Below, in pieces: positions 11,501-20,346 of a stretch of DNA of 64,000 bases. The notes below the pieces were generated by a model. That model was not told the origin of the DNA. It made no database searches and worked only from the letters and a program-made list of their open reading frames with translations. The DNA is taken from the IMG/VR virus record IMGVR_UViG_3300030118_001869, positions 32,001 to 96,000 of that record. The stretch is one strand, 5' to 3'. Made by a program: the position numbers and the translations under genes. Position 1 is the stretch's first letter; each line of letters opens with the position of its first letter. The DNA is from a virus.

Positions 11501-14228
11501 AGAAGAGCTAAGATCTAAACTTGTTCATGAAAATGGAGATTGGAAAGAGTATAGAGAAATCAAAAATTTAGAAGAGGATGTAGAAGATATAAAATATAAT
11601 TTAGAGTTGTATGCAGATAGACAAGCACATGCAGCATTTTGGAGAGCAGAAACTAAAGATGAAAACGGTAACCCTGTAGCAGGAGAGTTTCATGAGTATA
11701 CACAAGAGTGGAAAGATATTAGATCTAAGTATATGAGTTTTATTCCACAAGGTGAGAATGGTTATTGGATATTCAAGGCGGGTATAAAACCTGAGCAACA
11801 AGAAGAATTTTACTTAAAACACTATGATGTAGTAGAGGATGGGCAAATTATGGAAAAGAAAAATGGTGTGCCTACAGGTAGAATGATACCTGCTAAACTA
11901 CAGTTTCCAAAAAGAAAATACAGACAAGCTAGAGCTGACAGAACAGATTTACAAAGTGATAAGTATAATAAACTTATGTCTGACAATACTGCTTTAGGTG
12001 TAGCAAGAAGAGATTTTTATAATCACTTTATGCAAGAGTATAACAGACAACTAAAGAAGTTACCTATGTCTGTCAGAGATCAAATGTTAGGATATGCTCC
12101 TATTGTACAGGGTCAAATATTATCAGAAGCACGTAAAAAAGGTATTCTACCAGCGTTCCTTAGAACCATGGGTAGACAAATAAAAGATACATTTACATCT
12201 AGCATGTCATTTAGAAGGGTAGCAACAGATGAAAATGGTAATTTAATTGATTCAATACCTATAATGTTTGTGGGTAGACCTAGAACAGATAAACAATTAC
12301 AAGTCATAGATGATAAGATAGCAGAAGTAGAACAAGCTAGAAAGGATGGAACTCTTTCAGGAGAAAAATATCAAGCAGAGATTTCACGGCTAACTAGTCA
12401 AAGAAAAGCTGTCCTTGGAAAACCTAGAGCAGATGAAGTAAGTATGGACTTTGCTGATTCCTTGATCAAATTTACTGGTATGTCATCTATGTATGAAGCT
12501 ATGGATGACATAGAAGATACACTTCTTGGTATTAAAGAAATAGTAGATAAGAGAACTTATAGAGAAAATGAGTCAAAAGGTGTTATTAGATATGTAAAAG
12601 GAACAAGAGATTTCTTTGCTGGTAAACGAGGTAACAAATCCAAAGAACAAGAAAATACAAAGAAAAGACTAGCCGCATGGTTTTCAATGGTATTTTATAA
12701 TAGTGATGAAATGTCAAGAACAAGGTTAGATAAACTTACAAATGCTGCCATATCATATTCTTCTTTATCATACGTTGCATTTAACGCAATAGGTAACTTA
12801 AACAACTTAGCTATTGCATCTGCTAACAACTCTATAGAAGCTCTAGGTCAAAGATTCTTTTCAAGAAAGAATTATGCTAGAGCAAACGCTGAGTTTTATG
12901 GATTGAATGTAGCACAAGGTTTAATTAAGAGATTAGGTATGTCATCAATAAAAGGTGGTGGAGATAGATATGATCCTAAAAAACCTATGAACAAATGGGA
13001 GGCAATGGCATTAGATAATCAAATGATGGATGCTTATGCAGATATACGTGAATCTATTCAAGGTCAAGGAGCACTAAATGATGATTTCTTTACATACTCT
13101 GGCTTTATGGACAGACTTAAAACTTTTGGTTATTCTTTACAGGATGCTGCTGAGTACAAGGTACAAACAACTGTAGGTACTGCACTACTTATGGATTTAA
13201 CAATGATGAACAGTACAACAGGTGAAAGAATGAGTTACTATGATGCGCATGATTTTGACTCTAAAACTCAAACAGTAAAATTAAAAGAAGGTTTTGATAC
13301 TGTTGTTGAGAAAAGCTTAACAGGTGAAGAAACTCTAGTTCCCTTCACTGAGAATTATAAGTTTGATTTAAGAATGAAGATCCGTGAAGTTAATAAACAG
13401 ATTCATGGTAACTATGCAAGAGAAGATAGAACAGTATTACAAAGACATAATATTGGCCAGTTAATATTTCAGTTTAAAAAATGGTTGGCCCCTGCTATTA
13501 GAGCTAGATGGCAAAGAGAATACTATGATGAAAATCTAGGATGGATGGAAGGTAGATACAGGTCTGCCTTAAGATTCTTTGCATACTTTATGAAACAGGT
13601 TGGGCAAGCTAACTTTAGAGCTGCTAACTTTAGAGATTATATGAAGTCACAATATGGTAAAGAAGGTACAGGAGCTCAAGAACAAGAAAGATTACAGAAT
13701 CAAGTAAAGGGTATTCAAAGAACAGTTGCTGACATATCTATGATAGCAGCTGCTCTTTTAACTCATTCATTACTCATGGCTCTATTTGAAGATGATGATG
13801 ATGATATGGATCCAACTCTTAGAAGATTAAGGAACCTTGCTATTTATCAAGCTGATAGAACATACAAAGAACTTGTAATGTTTATACCTGTAACAGGTAC
13901 AGCAATAAATCAAGCAGGTGATTTTATTAGTGATCCTATAGCATCTACTAGAAACTTAGGTGCAATAGGTGAAGCACTTAGTTCATCTATGTATTTTGGT
14001 TACAGAAAACTTAAAATGGCATCACCTGTTGGTGGACTAGATGGTGAGTGGGGTATATCAAGAAGAGAGCATAGAGCTTTACTTGAAGACTCTGACTTAT
14101 ACTATCAGTATAAACCTAGAAAGGGAGATCTCAAAGCATGGAAGGAAATTAGAGATGCCGTACCTGCATTATATACTATACAAAAGTGGGAAGGGTTCCT
14201 CAAACGTCAAGACTTCTATATTGATTAA
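8538..14228 (+). CDS. Large virion cargo/ejected protein with degenerate zincin-like and PD-(D/E)xK nuclease-like domains
   Basis: 1896 aa, directly after the vRNAP. Contains IEEILHPF followed by ELVTQ, and GTADIV-x9-IIDLKTS ... QVNMY. The position matches crAss-like RNAP-associated proteins. Confidence 0.75.
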   Translation: MACFNKNTAEYKELKAEFGQDIIVDAAIINYQRTTNSTIIPNLVQVQQMESDMKVMYSTMKREFGQALVRNLIEKKLATKKYKGYHYVNATDGLSFVANQSILNKNIEKIYKYLDANNIPADTVSIERTKRSARITVNDGLFKINDIVPENRPADTTRTLAIVEHLGRMFPQVQIDVVSVAQAREYYNSLDPRQKARVKFDDIKSYYVNGRAVLIQGRVNSNTAIEEILHPFVDAIKVENSELFDNLLEESKETFAELKQQIDDTYSNKNGFNQLHRDLELVTQSLTRHFALEYETTPSQSFLQRVKDFLAWFAGVLNNLHKYITGDATPVFKVSQIQARTNLSDIAKILNTTDVSFQLEMKADGKVRYALSPEKQKIVNHIKTQANDTQKQIIDRLFSIAQKQSDSIDSLSAGSVVGESIVILNEENHTYYDITTGEAFTSATRAIYGKLENEAELQENLAVGNDFDAVVNAILSDITADQLFEDLQQVENSKFKNDKALVDKVYTDISTFLLGLRADGTVFIPQVVVFDKNAKIAGTADIVGITPKGTIKIIDLKTSKTPYASTAREQYKRQWAVQNDSFLKPKGVEMLSTRARHGMQVNMYRRMFENMGYEVETGPFSAQTFHIHVDISGKGVNQKFLGTYRMDGMVVHPPSLNQDYIDMLIPEDPDIIAQDKIKEIRKQGRMYDPVNDPDFIEDDLEYPTSPQFDQTRYQSINSSIKNYQKHLQERKQALENYKKRLFVDKTNEQALQYTNNALATIMLALDTTNPDQVALQSNVFVQLIRDAIKEMDTFLNFIKDEKNFNDPNFITYLLNIKKFTNSYLALRSISESGILNKTEGQLLNTLTTKVQSLDGTDYDQGLIRQAMLDWAENYVKNNSNRDFTKEQLKDLVRQAEDISFLDLNTRDLATLPDTLLALIAKEFSRARLRGQARAEEANTKTRALGNTLYRLSDSKKPEEVFEFMAEMDNGKFTGRFVQKLGDKYYGKLEELRSKLVHENGDWKEYREIKNLEEDVEDIKYNLELYADRQAHAAFWRAETKDENGNPVAGEFHEYTQEWKDIRSKYMSFIPQGENGYWIFKAGIKPEQQEEFYLKHYDVVEDGQIMEKKNGVPTGRMIPAKLQFPKRKYRQARADRTDLQSDKYNKLMSDNTALGVARRDFYNHFMQEYNRQLKKLPMSVRDQMLGYAPIVQGQILSEARKKGILPAFLRTMGRQIKDTFTSSMSFRRVATDENGNLIDSIPIMFVGRPRTDKQLQVIDDKIAEVEQARKDGTLSGEKYQAEISRLTSQRKAVLGKPRADEVSMDFADSLIKFTGMSSMYEAMDDIEDTLLGIKEIVDKRTYRENESKGVIRYVKGTRDFFAGKRGNKSKEQENTKKRLAAWFSMVFYNSDEMSRTRLDKLTNAAISYSSLSYVAFNAIGNLNNLAIASANNSIEALGQRFFSRKNYARANAEFYGLNVAQGLIKRLGMSSIKGGGDRYDPKKPMNKWEAMALDNQMMDAYADIRESIQGQGALNDDFFTYSGFMDRLKTFGYSLQDAAEYKVQTTVGTALLMDLTMMNSTTGERMSYYDAHDFDSKTQTVKLKEGFDTVVEKSLTGEETLVPFTENYKFDLRMKIREVNKQIHGNYAREDRTVLQRHNIGQLIFQFKKWLAPAIRARWQREYYDENLGWMEGRYRSALRFFAYFMKQVGQANFRAANFRDYMKSQYGKEGTGAQEQERLQNQVKGIQRTVADISMIAAALLTHSLLMALFEDDDDDMDPTLRRLRNLAIYQADRTYKELVMFIPVTGTAINQAGDFISDPIASTRNLGAIGEALSSSMYFGYRKLKMASPVGGLDGEWGISRREHRALLEDSDLYYQYKPRKGDLKAWKEIRDAVPALYTIQKWEGFLKRQDFYID

Positions 14229-14390
14229 ATGAAAGCTATTTTAGAACTGATATTAATTGCAGTGTTATTCCTTATAGGAACTGTAATTATAAGTATACTC
14301 AGTTTACTATATAGTCTAAAGAATACAGTTAAAAGATTGATTAGTTTATTAAGTAACCGTAAGGGGTTGACTCTACATCTGTACCTATAA
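14229..14390 (+). CDS. Possible small membrane peptide (53 aa)
   Basis: ATG directly after the upstream TAA. Reads MKAILELILIAVLFLIGTVIISILSLLYSLK..., one hydrophobic helix. Overlaps the convergent gene by 50 nt. Confidence 0.3.
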   Translation: MKAILELILIAVLFLIGTVIISILSLLYSLKNTVKRLISLLSNRKGLTLHLYL

Positions 14391-14886
14391 GCATATTTTC
14401 TATTTTGAATTCTGCTACTTGTACTGCATCTATATATGGGTTATAGAACTCACCACTACCTTCTAGACTTATTCTATCTCCTACAACTGACTGTACATCA
14501 ACATATGCCCAGTTAACATAGTCATTTTCTCCTATGATTTCTAGACCTGCTAGTTTATCATCAGTTCCTAGATGATCATAGATTCCAGTATCTAGTAAGT
14601 CATCATCCATGTCTCCTTCTAAGTCATAGGTAAATAAAGCAAAGTGTTGTCTATCTAATCTGGGTTGTCCATCATCTACTTGTAGATAAAGTACAAAGAT
14701 TTTTCTTCTGAAGCCGTCTACATCTTTGACTGCTCCATATGTATTGATAACAGAGTATCTTTCATATGGGTCAAATGCAACGCCATCTAATGATATTTCA
14801 AAAACAACTTCTGGTTCAGATATGACTTCTTCCTTTTCACATCCTAGTAATAGAAGTAAAGTAAGTAATAATAATAATTTTTTCAT
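14341..14886 (-). CDS. Lipoprotein of unknown function
   Basis: Start moved to MKKLLLLLTLLLLLGC, an SPII lipobox followed by the acidic stretch EKEE. The mature part is acidic and beta-rich. Confidence 0.8.
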   Translation of the reverse strand: MKKLLLLLTLLLLLGCEKEEVISEPEVVFEISLDGVAFDPYERYSVINTYGAVKDVDGFRRKIFVLYLQVDDGQPRLDRQHFALFTYDLEGDMDDDLLDTGIYDHLGTDDKLAGLEIIGENDYVNWAYVDVQSVVGDRISLEGSGEFYNPYIDAVQVAEFKIENMLIGTDVESTPYGYLIN

Positions 14887-14896
14887 GATTGTAAAT

Positions 14897-15295
14897 TTAA
14901 AACTGTGATGCTTGATTTGCTTGTTCAATTGCTTCCTCTATTTCTTGCAATGTAACTGGACATTCTAAGTCCAATCCTGCTTTCCACACTTCTTCTTTGA
15001 AACCTTCTTTAAATAAGATTATTGTTGGTGCCATACGCACTTTGTACTTCTTTTTTGCTTGGGGTGCTTTACCTATATCAACACGCACATAAGGGATATC
15101 TATTTTACTCCAGTCAGCAAATGCATTGGCCTCATTGAACTTAGCCCAAAACTCTACTATTACTAAAGGCTCATCCTCACCATAGGCACTCTTACCACTG
15201 ATAACATCTTCTATATTTGAGTCATCTGCCCATTGCTGTGAAAAACTTAATAAGGGCAGAAGTAATAGTATTACTATTATGAATTTTTTTAACAT
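14897..15295 (-). CDS. Exported thioredoxin-fold protein lacking CxxC
   Basis: Signal peptide (…LSFS/QQ). VIVEFWAKFN sits at the usual F.A.WC..C position, followed by RVDI, KYKVRMAPTIILFKEG (cis-Pro strand). Confidence 0.75.
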   Translation of the reverse strand: MLKKFIIVILLLLPLLSFSQQWADDSNIEDVISGKSAYGEDEPLVIVEFWAKFNEANAFADWSKIDIPYVRVDIGKAPQAKKKYKVRMAPTIILFKEGFKEEVWKAGLDLECPVTLQEIEEAIEQANQASQF

Positions 15296-15297
15296 TA

Positions 15298-15582
15298 CTA
15301 TCTTCTTTGTTGTAATTCATACAATCTTTCATCAATTTTATCAAGTTGCTCTTTCATTGATTCTACATCTTCTTGTGTATCTAAAATTGTTTGACGAATT
15401 AATTCATCTTTAAGATCATACTCTATTCTGTCTATAACAGGAGCAGGTAATTCTTTTGCCTCAGCAATGTCTGCTTGGAGTGCAAACCACATACCTACTA
15501 ATGCTGCTATACCTGTACCAATCATTCCTAATGTTTTTAAATCTAAAGTTACTTTAGTATCTTCACCTATTTGCTTTGCCAT
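15298..15582 (-). CDS. Single-TM protein with C-terminal coiled coil
   Basis: TM segment LGMIGTGIAALVGMWFAL. Heptad-rich tail TQEDVESMKEQLDKIDERLYEL. Confidence 0.7.
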   Translation of the reverse strand: MAKQIGEDTKVTLDLKTLGMIGTGIAALVGMWFALQADIAEAKELPAPVIDRIEYDLKDELIRQTILDTQEDVESMKEQLDKIDERLYELQQRR

Positions 15583-15591
15583 TTTATTTTA

Positions 15592-16830
15592 TTATTTAAA
15601 TGAAAAGTTCAGACCTACACTGCTCTGAAATAATTCACTGTCCCAAAATTTTGCGTACTCTCCTTCAATAAATATTCCCAATGTTTTGCTCAGCCTCCAG
15701 CCAAAGTTAACTCCTGCTGAATAATCATCCCATTGCTCTGGCTCAGCATCTTGTCTTAATCCTCCTTTACCCCAGTTATTTCTATTTAGATAACTAAAGT
15801 TTTCATCTCCTGCAATGTACTTGTGATAAGGAAGAATCCAGTTAGCATATGCATGTAACCAGAAGTTAGGCTTATAGTGATAAAAATCAAATCCTACAAT
15901 TGGTGCTACTTCTCCAAATGGGTCTATTAGATCCCACTGCTCATTATTAAATCTGTTAATTAAATCTCTGAATACTGTATTACGGAAGTCTAAGTCTGAG
16001 TATGCTACAATTCTATCTTCTGAATCTCTCCATATCCAGTCAAATGTTGTATCACCTGTTTGCTCATCAGTGTAAGTTGTAGCATGGTCCGTATATCCAT
16101 ACTCATAACCTAAGCTATACCATGGATTAGCAGGATACTCTATAACTTCTCCTGTCTGAGGATTTGTCCATGTCTCAGTTTCATTTAACCATATTTCAAT
16201 TGGATTGTATCCATAAGCACGTTCATGCGTACGGTAGATTGCACCGGCTGATATACTAAACTTTTTACCAATTGGTAGTCTAGCTCTGACCTCAGCTGAC
16301 TGATAGTCTAAGTTAATCTTTCCTACAGCTCTTGACTCAGCTTTTATAATGTGATATTTTCCTGTCCACTTAACAAAGAATCTGTGATTATCAAATACTT
16401 CTCCCCTGTTTCTTTCTTTACCTACATCAAACTGATATTCTAATCCTGTTAATGCTGAGCTAGGTGCAGTAAATGCTAACTGCTGCTCTGTACCATCATA
16501 CCAGTTTCTTGGCTTTCTTTCATAATTAAAACGTGCAAGCTTTCTAATACCAAAGCTCCATCTGTAGTCAAATTCAAAGTATTCAGTTACGTCTATTACA
16601 CGTGGAATACCGTAGAGATCACCATCTGCAGGTCTCTCTACAAAGAAGTCTTGTCTGCTTGATTCATAAGAACTACGTGCATCACCGGCTGCATACACAG
16701 TACCGTACTGTAGAAAGTCTTTGTATAAGGCTTTGAAGAATTTACCTTTTTCCTTTTCTTCTTGACCATGAGAAAGGTTTGGTAAGCACAATAAGAGCAT
16801 AAAAACCAACAGACCTAAATATTTTTTCAT
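15592..16830 (-). CDS. Putative outer-membrane beta-barrel protein
   Basis: SPI signal (…LSHG/QE). Rich in aromatic and Gly residues with alternating strands (YSAGVNFGWRL, LGIFIEGEY). Ends in a BAM-type beta-signal-like SVGLNFSFK. Confidence 0.7.
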   Translation of the reverse strand: MKKYLGLLVFMLLLCLPNLSHGQEEKEKGKFFKALYKDFLQYGTVYAAGDARSSYESSRQDFFVERPADGDLYGIPRVIDVTEYFEFDYRWSFGIRKLARFNYERKPRNWYDGTEQQLAFTAPSSALTGLEYQFDVGKERNRGEVFDNHRFFVKWTGKYHIIKAESRAVGKINLDYQSAEVRARLPIGKKFSISAGAIYRTHERAYGYNPIEIWLNETETWTNPQTGEVIEYPANPWYSLGYEYGYTDHATTYTDEQTGDTTFDWIWRDSEDRIVAYSDLDFRNTVFRDLINRFNNEQWDLIDPFGEVAPIVGFDFYHYKPNFWLHAYANWILPYHKYIAGDENFSYLNRNNWGKGGLRQDAEPEQWDDYSAGVNFGWRLSKTLGIFIEGEYAKFWDSELFQSSVGLNFSFK

Positions 16831-16875
16831 ATTTAAAGTTTAATATTAATCTATGTTTGTGTTGGTTATATAATA

Positions 16876-16886
16876 TAATATACAAA
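16876..16886 (-). promoter_or_regulatory. Putative late-type promoter motif TTTGTATATTA
   Basis: Exact copy of the 11-mer also at 19905 (+) and 52912 (+). Lies 45 nt upstream of the beta-barrel gene. Confidence 0.55.
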
Positions 16887-16908
16887 TAAGAGTTTAAATA
16901 AACAATAT

Positions 16909-18534
16909 TTATCCCTCACAACTTGCACATTCAAGTATATTTCTGGAAAAAGCTTGTGCTGAGCTTTGGCTGAACTGATAGTATAATGTCTTTACACCTA
17001 ACTCCCAAGCACTTAGATATAGTTGATTTATATCTTTTGCAGGCACACTAGGATGTATCATTAAATTTAAACTTTGAGATTGATCAATATACTTCTGTCT
17101 TTGTGCAGCTTGTATAATTAATTCTTTAGGTGATATCTCAATAAAAGATTTAAACACAGCTTTTGTAGGAAAGTCTAGATGCTGGACAGACCCATCTTTC
17201 TTTAAAATGTCTTCCCAGGTTTCTTCATTATCTAAACCGTACTTGTTTAACTCTTGTTTTAAGAAAGGGTTTTTGTATATGGTTTTAGTCTTAGCTAAGT
17301 CTTTTATAAAATAGTTAGATTTGATTGGCTCAATACCCATAGAAACAGCACCATGTATGAAACTACTTGATTTAGTGGGTGCTATAGCCATTAGAGTAGT
17401 GTTTGCGTACCCCTCCCTTATACACTCATAACCTTTCTCATTAGCTAAGTATCTTGATGCAACTTCTGATTCTTCTTTTAAATGTTTAAATATCTGATTG
17501 TTTAAACTTTTAGCTTCCATTGACTCAAACTCAATAAGTTTAGATTGTAGTAAACTATGATAGCCTAGCACACCTAAACCTATAGCTCTATGCTTCTTAG
17601 CAAATGTATAAGCTCTTTTTAGGCCAGCCTTTACTTCTGCTTTTGCAATGAACTCATTCATTACAGCATTCAAGAAGAATACATATGTACCTATTGCATC
17701 AGTTTGGATAATATCATCCCAGTGTAATAAGTTTATAGAACCTAAACAACATACAAAAGAGTTGTAACTATCTGTTGGAAGTTGTATTTCTGAACATAAA
17801 TTAGATGCGGTTATCTCTAAACCTAGATCTTTATAAGGAGAATTGTTATTACTATTATCTTTGAACATTATATAAGGGAAGCCAAACTCATTCCTTCTTT
17901 GAATTACTTTGGCCCACAATGCACGCTTCTCTTGATCACCTTCTTTCATTTCATTGAGCCACTGATCACTAACTGTGACACCATACTGTAAATTTTGTAT
18001 TGGGTTTCCCTCAGTTCCAATATCTAGAAAGTCTGCAGCGTCTGGATGTTCAAGTGGTAAATACACTGCACATGCACCTCTTCTTGCCTCAGACTGTTTA
18101 CAAACATCTACAACAGTATCATAGATCTTTGCGTAATGCACAGGGCCATCTGCTAAACCTCCAGTAGAAATTACTGATCCTCTAGGTCTAATGTTACCTA
18201 AGTATGCACTGGTTCCTCCACCATACTTTGACATCATACCTATTTCTCTCCCTGCATTTAGTATACTATCTAAATTGTCATCAACGTTACTACCATAACA
18301 ACTAATAGGTAATCCTTTTTGTTTACCAAAGTTAATCCATACAGGTGTAGATAAACTATAGTAACCCAAAGACATATAGTGCTCAAACTTTTGTGCAAAG
18401 CCTGGCATCTGCAAATACTTTTCTGCTGTATTTGCTATATCTTTTATTCTTTGTTCTGGTGATTCTGATATATATCCTCTTGATAAAAATTTACGGCTAT
18501 CTTCATTTAGCCAATAGTACTTACTAAATTCCAT
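16909..18534 (-). CDS. nrdA: Ribonucleotide reductase class Ia alpha subunit (short, no ATP cone)
   Basis: PISC, GGGT, SNLCSEI, CCLGSIN, APTKSSS, KTLYY, and C-terminal CASCEG. Confidence 0.96.
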   Translation of the reverse strand: MEFSKYYWLNEDSRKFLSRGYISESPEQRIKDIANTAEKYLQMPGFAQKFEHYMSLGYYSLSTPVWINFGKQKGLPISCYGSNVDDNLDSILNAGREIGMMSKYGGGTSAYLGNIRPRGSVISTGGLADGPVHYAKIYDTVVDVCKQSEARRGACAVYLPLEHPDAADFLDIGTEGNPIQNLQYGVTVSDQWLNEMKEGDQEKRALWAKVIQRRNEFGFPYIMFKDNSNNNSPYKDLGLEITASNLCSEIQLPTDSYNSFVCCLGSINLLHWDDIIQTDAIGTYVFFLNAVMNEFIAKAEVKAGLKRAYTFAKKHRAIGLGVLGYHSLLQSKLIEFESMEAKSLNNQIFKHLKEESEVASRYLANEKGYECIREGYANTTLMAIAPTKSSSFIHGAVSMGIEPIKSNYFIKDLAKTKTIYKNPFLKQELNKYGLDNEETWEDILKKDGSVQHLDFPTKAVFKSFIEISPKELIIQAAQRQKYIDQSQSLNLMIHPSVPAKDINQLYLSAWELGVKTLYYQFSQSSAQAFSRNILECASCEG

Positions 18535-19514
18535 TAAAATAAATCATTTACTGTTATACTTTTACTTTTCTTATTATAATCTATTTGCTTTTTATAGAAG
18601 AAGTCACCTTCTTTTGTAGACTTCATTTCAACTTCAAACCACTTAGTAGCTTCAAGCATATTCTTATCTACATCAAACAAAGGTAACATATCTATCTTTT
18701 TTAGGGAATTATTAAATCTATTTTTGATAAAGTTCTTTATTGTTTCTTTGGGTAGGAAACTTAACTCACCTGTTTCAAAGATCCAGTCAAGTATATCACA
18801 CTCAGCTATATAAGCTTTTTTACATGCAGAGTGTATTAAGTTATGAAACTCTTCATCAAACCACTCAGGGTTTTCTTTTCTGATTATATTTATAATCTCT
18901 GCTCCAAAGTTACCGTGAATGTCCTCTTCTTTGGATGTTGCCTCAACTACATTAGATATACCTTTTAATATACTTCTATCTTTATTAAAAGACATCATAA
19001 TTAAAAACTGGCTAAATAAACTTACATGCTCAATAAATAAAGAAAACAATAGTACAGACTTAGTGTACATCTTATTGTCTCTACTTCTAGAACCATCTAA
19101 GTACTTTTTTAAGTATTTAATTCTACCTGCTATAGCTGGTATCTCAACCACACTTTTAAATTCATCTTCTAGGCCTAATATTCTAATTAGTCTAGCATAG
19201 GCATCTTTATGTCTAACTTCTGATTCAGCAAATGTAAATCCTACATCTCCTATTTCTGTTATAGGCATACGCTTATATAGATCACCCCAAAATGTTTTTA
19301 CATTGACTTCTATCTGTGCTATAGCTAACATAGTCTTCTTGATAACATCACGTTCTTGATTTGTAATATTTACTTTGAAGTCTTGTATGTCTTCTGTAAA
19401 GTTAAACTCTGTATCAATCCAATAAGAGTGTCTTATAGCATCTTTATATGCTAGTAGTTGGGGATATTCATATGGTAATATGTTAGTTCTGGGCATAAAA
19501 ATGTTCTTGTTCAT
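18534..19514 (-). CDS. nrdB: Ribonucleotide reductase class Ia beta subunit
   Basis: Di-iron ligands QIE, ESEVRHKDAY (radical Tyr), IEHVSLF, KEEDIH. Also DFF and an acidic C-terminus ending DLF. Confidence 0.96.
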   Translation of the reverse strand: MNKNIFMPRTNILPYEYPQLLAYKDAIRHSYWIDTEFNFTEDIQDFKVNITNQERDVIKKTMLAIAQIEVNVKTFWGDLYKRMPITEIGDVGFTFAESEVRHKDAYARLIRILGLEDEFKSVVEIPAIAGRIKYLKKYLDGSRSRDNKMYTKSVLLFSLFIEHVSLFSQFLIMMSFNKDRSILKGISNVVEATSKEEDIHGNFGAEIINIIRKENPEWFDEEFHNLIHSACKKAYIAECDILDWIFETGELSFLPKETIKNFIKNRFNNSLKKIDMLPLFDVDKNMLEATKWFEVEMKSTKEGDFFYKKQIDYNKKSKSITVNDLF

Positions 19515-19539
19515 AATTTAAAATTTAAGGGTTGAAGAC

Positions 19540-19574
19540 AAAAAGAAGCATATAGCTAGAATACTATATGCTTC
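19540..19574 (-). terminator. Intrinsic terminator-like hairpin upstream of nrdB
   Basis: Perfect 11-bp stem GAAGCATATAG/CTATATGCTTC with an 8-nt loop and a U5 tail on the minus strand. Confidence 0.6.
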
Positions 19575-19629
19575 AGGACTATTCACTATAATAATCTATA
19601 AAAATAAATTATCCCTTACAAGTTTTTTT

Positions 19630-19824
19630 TTATATTTTCCAATCAACGTACGTAATCTGGATTGTCAAGAATAAAAATCCTAATTCTAAACCATAAAAAG
19701 GTCTGAATTTTTCATCTTCACATTTCACTGTACAGTTGATAGTTTTGAACCCTAACAGGGTTTCATTAGGTAGAACATTAAAGTATACTCCTAATCTATT
19801 TTGATTTTTAGAAATTGTATTCAT
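19630..19824 (-). CDS. Hypothetical small beta-rich protein
   Basis: ATG-started 64-aa ORF downstream of a TATATTTG box. Confidence 0.65.
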   Translation of the reverse strand: MNTISKNQNRLGVYFNVLPNETLLGFKTINCTVKCEDEKFRPFYGLELGFLFLTIQITYVDWKI

Positions 19825-19870
19825 ATAAAATTTGGTTTTTGAATATTAAAAATAGGACAGTGTCCGTAAA

Positions 19871-19878
19871 CAAATATA
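19871..19878 (-). promoter_or_regulatory. Bacteroidota primary-sigma -7 element TATATTTG
   Basis: Matches TAnnTTTG in a divergent intergenic region. Confidence 0.55.
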
Positions 19879-19904
19879 ATGTTAATTGTATTAACCACAT
19901 AATT

Positions 19905-19923
19905 TTTGTATATTAAATATATA
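19905..19923 (+). promoter_or_regulatory. Putative late-type promoter TTTGTATATTA-N4-TATA
   Basis: Repeated motif at the head of the + strand late cluster. Confidence 0.55.
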
Positions 19924-19941
19924 ACCAATAAACGAAGAATT

Positions 19942-20193
19942 ATGTTTAAGAATATTTTAGATGGCATCTGGAACTTCTCTTTAAAAAAAGGGTGGAACTG
20001 GATATGGTCAAAAACGGATATAGATGAAAAGGCAGTAGCTACAGTTAAAGAGATTAAGAAAAGATATAAGCTTACTGCACAAGAATTAGCTGATGTAGCT
20101 GATGCTATTAAAGAAGTAGGAAACCAGATAGGGGATCTTGATGATGCTGTATCAGGTGGCAAACGTAGAGGTAGACCAAAAAAGAATGGCTAG
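19942..20193 (+). CDS. Hypothetical protein (coiled coil, basic tail)
   Basis: ATG start MFKNIL preferred over the upstream TTG. Ends in RRGRPKK. Confidence 0.7.
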   Translation: MFKNILDGIWNFSLKKGWNWIWSKTDIDEKAVATVKEIKKRYKLTAQELADVADAIKEVGNQIGDLDDAVSGGKRRGRPKKNG

Positions 20194-20320
20194 AGTAATA
20201 CTCAGACCCTACGTTAAGCCTAGTAAAAAGAAAAGACCAGGCATCCATTCTAAGACTAAACAGTCTAATCAGAAAGGAAGCAAACTATATTTTAAAAAGT
20301 ATAGAGGTCAAGGTAGATAA
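20186..20320 (+). CDS. Small basic protein ending YRGQGR
   Basis: 44 aa, MARVILRPY...KKYRGQGR, coupled to the upstream stop. Confidence 0.65.
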   Translation: MARVILRPYVKPSKKKRPGIHSKTKQSNQKGSKLYFKKYRGQGR

Positions 20321-20346
20321 ATGTTTAACAATTAAAAATTAGAATC

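Noticed and set aside
537-14232. Short minus-strand and alternative-frame ORFs inside the two giant genes
   Set aside because: Shadow ORFs with Ser/Leu/Phe-rich composition typical of antisense frames. The same applies to most nested ORFs in the track.
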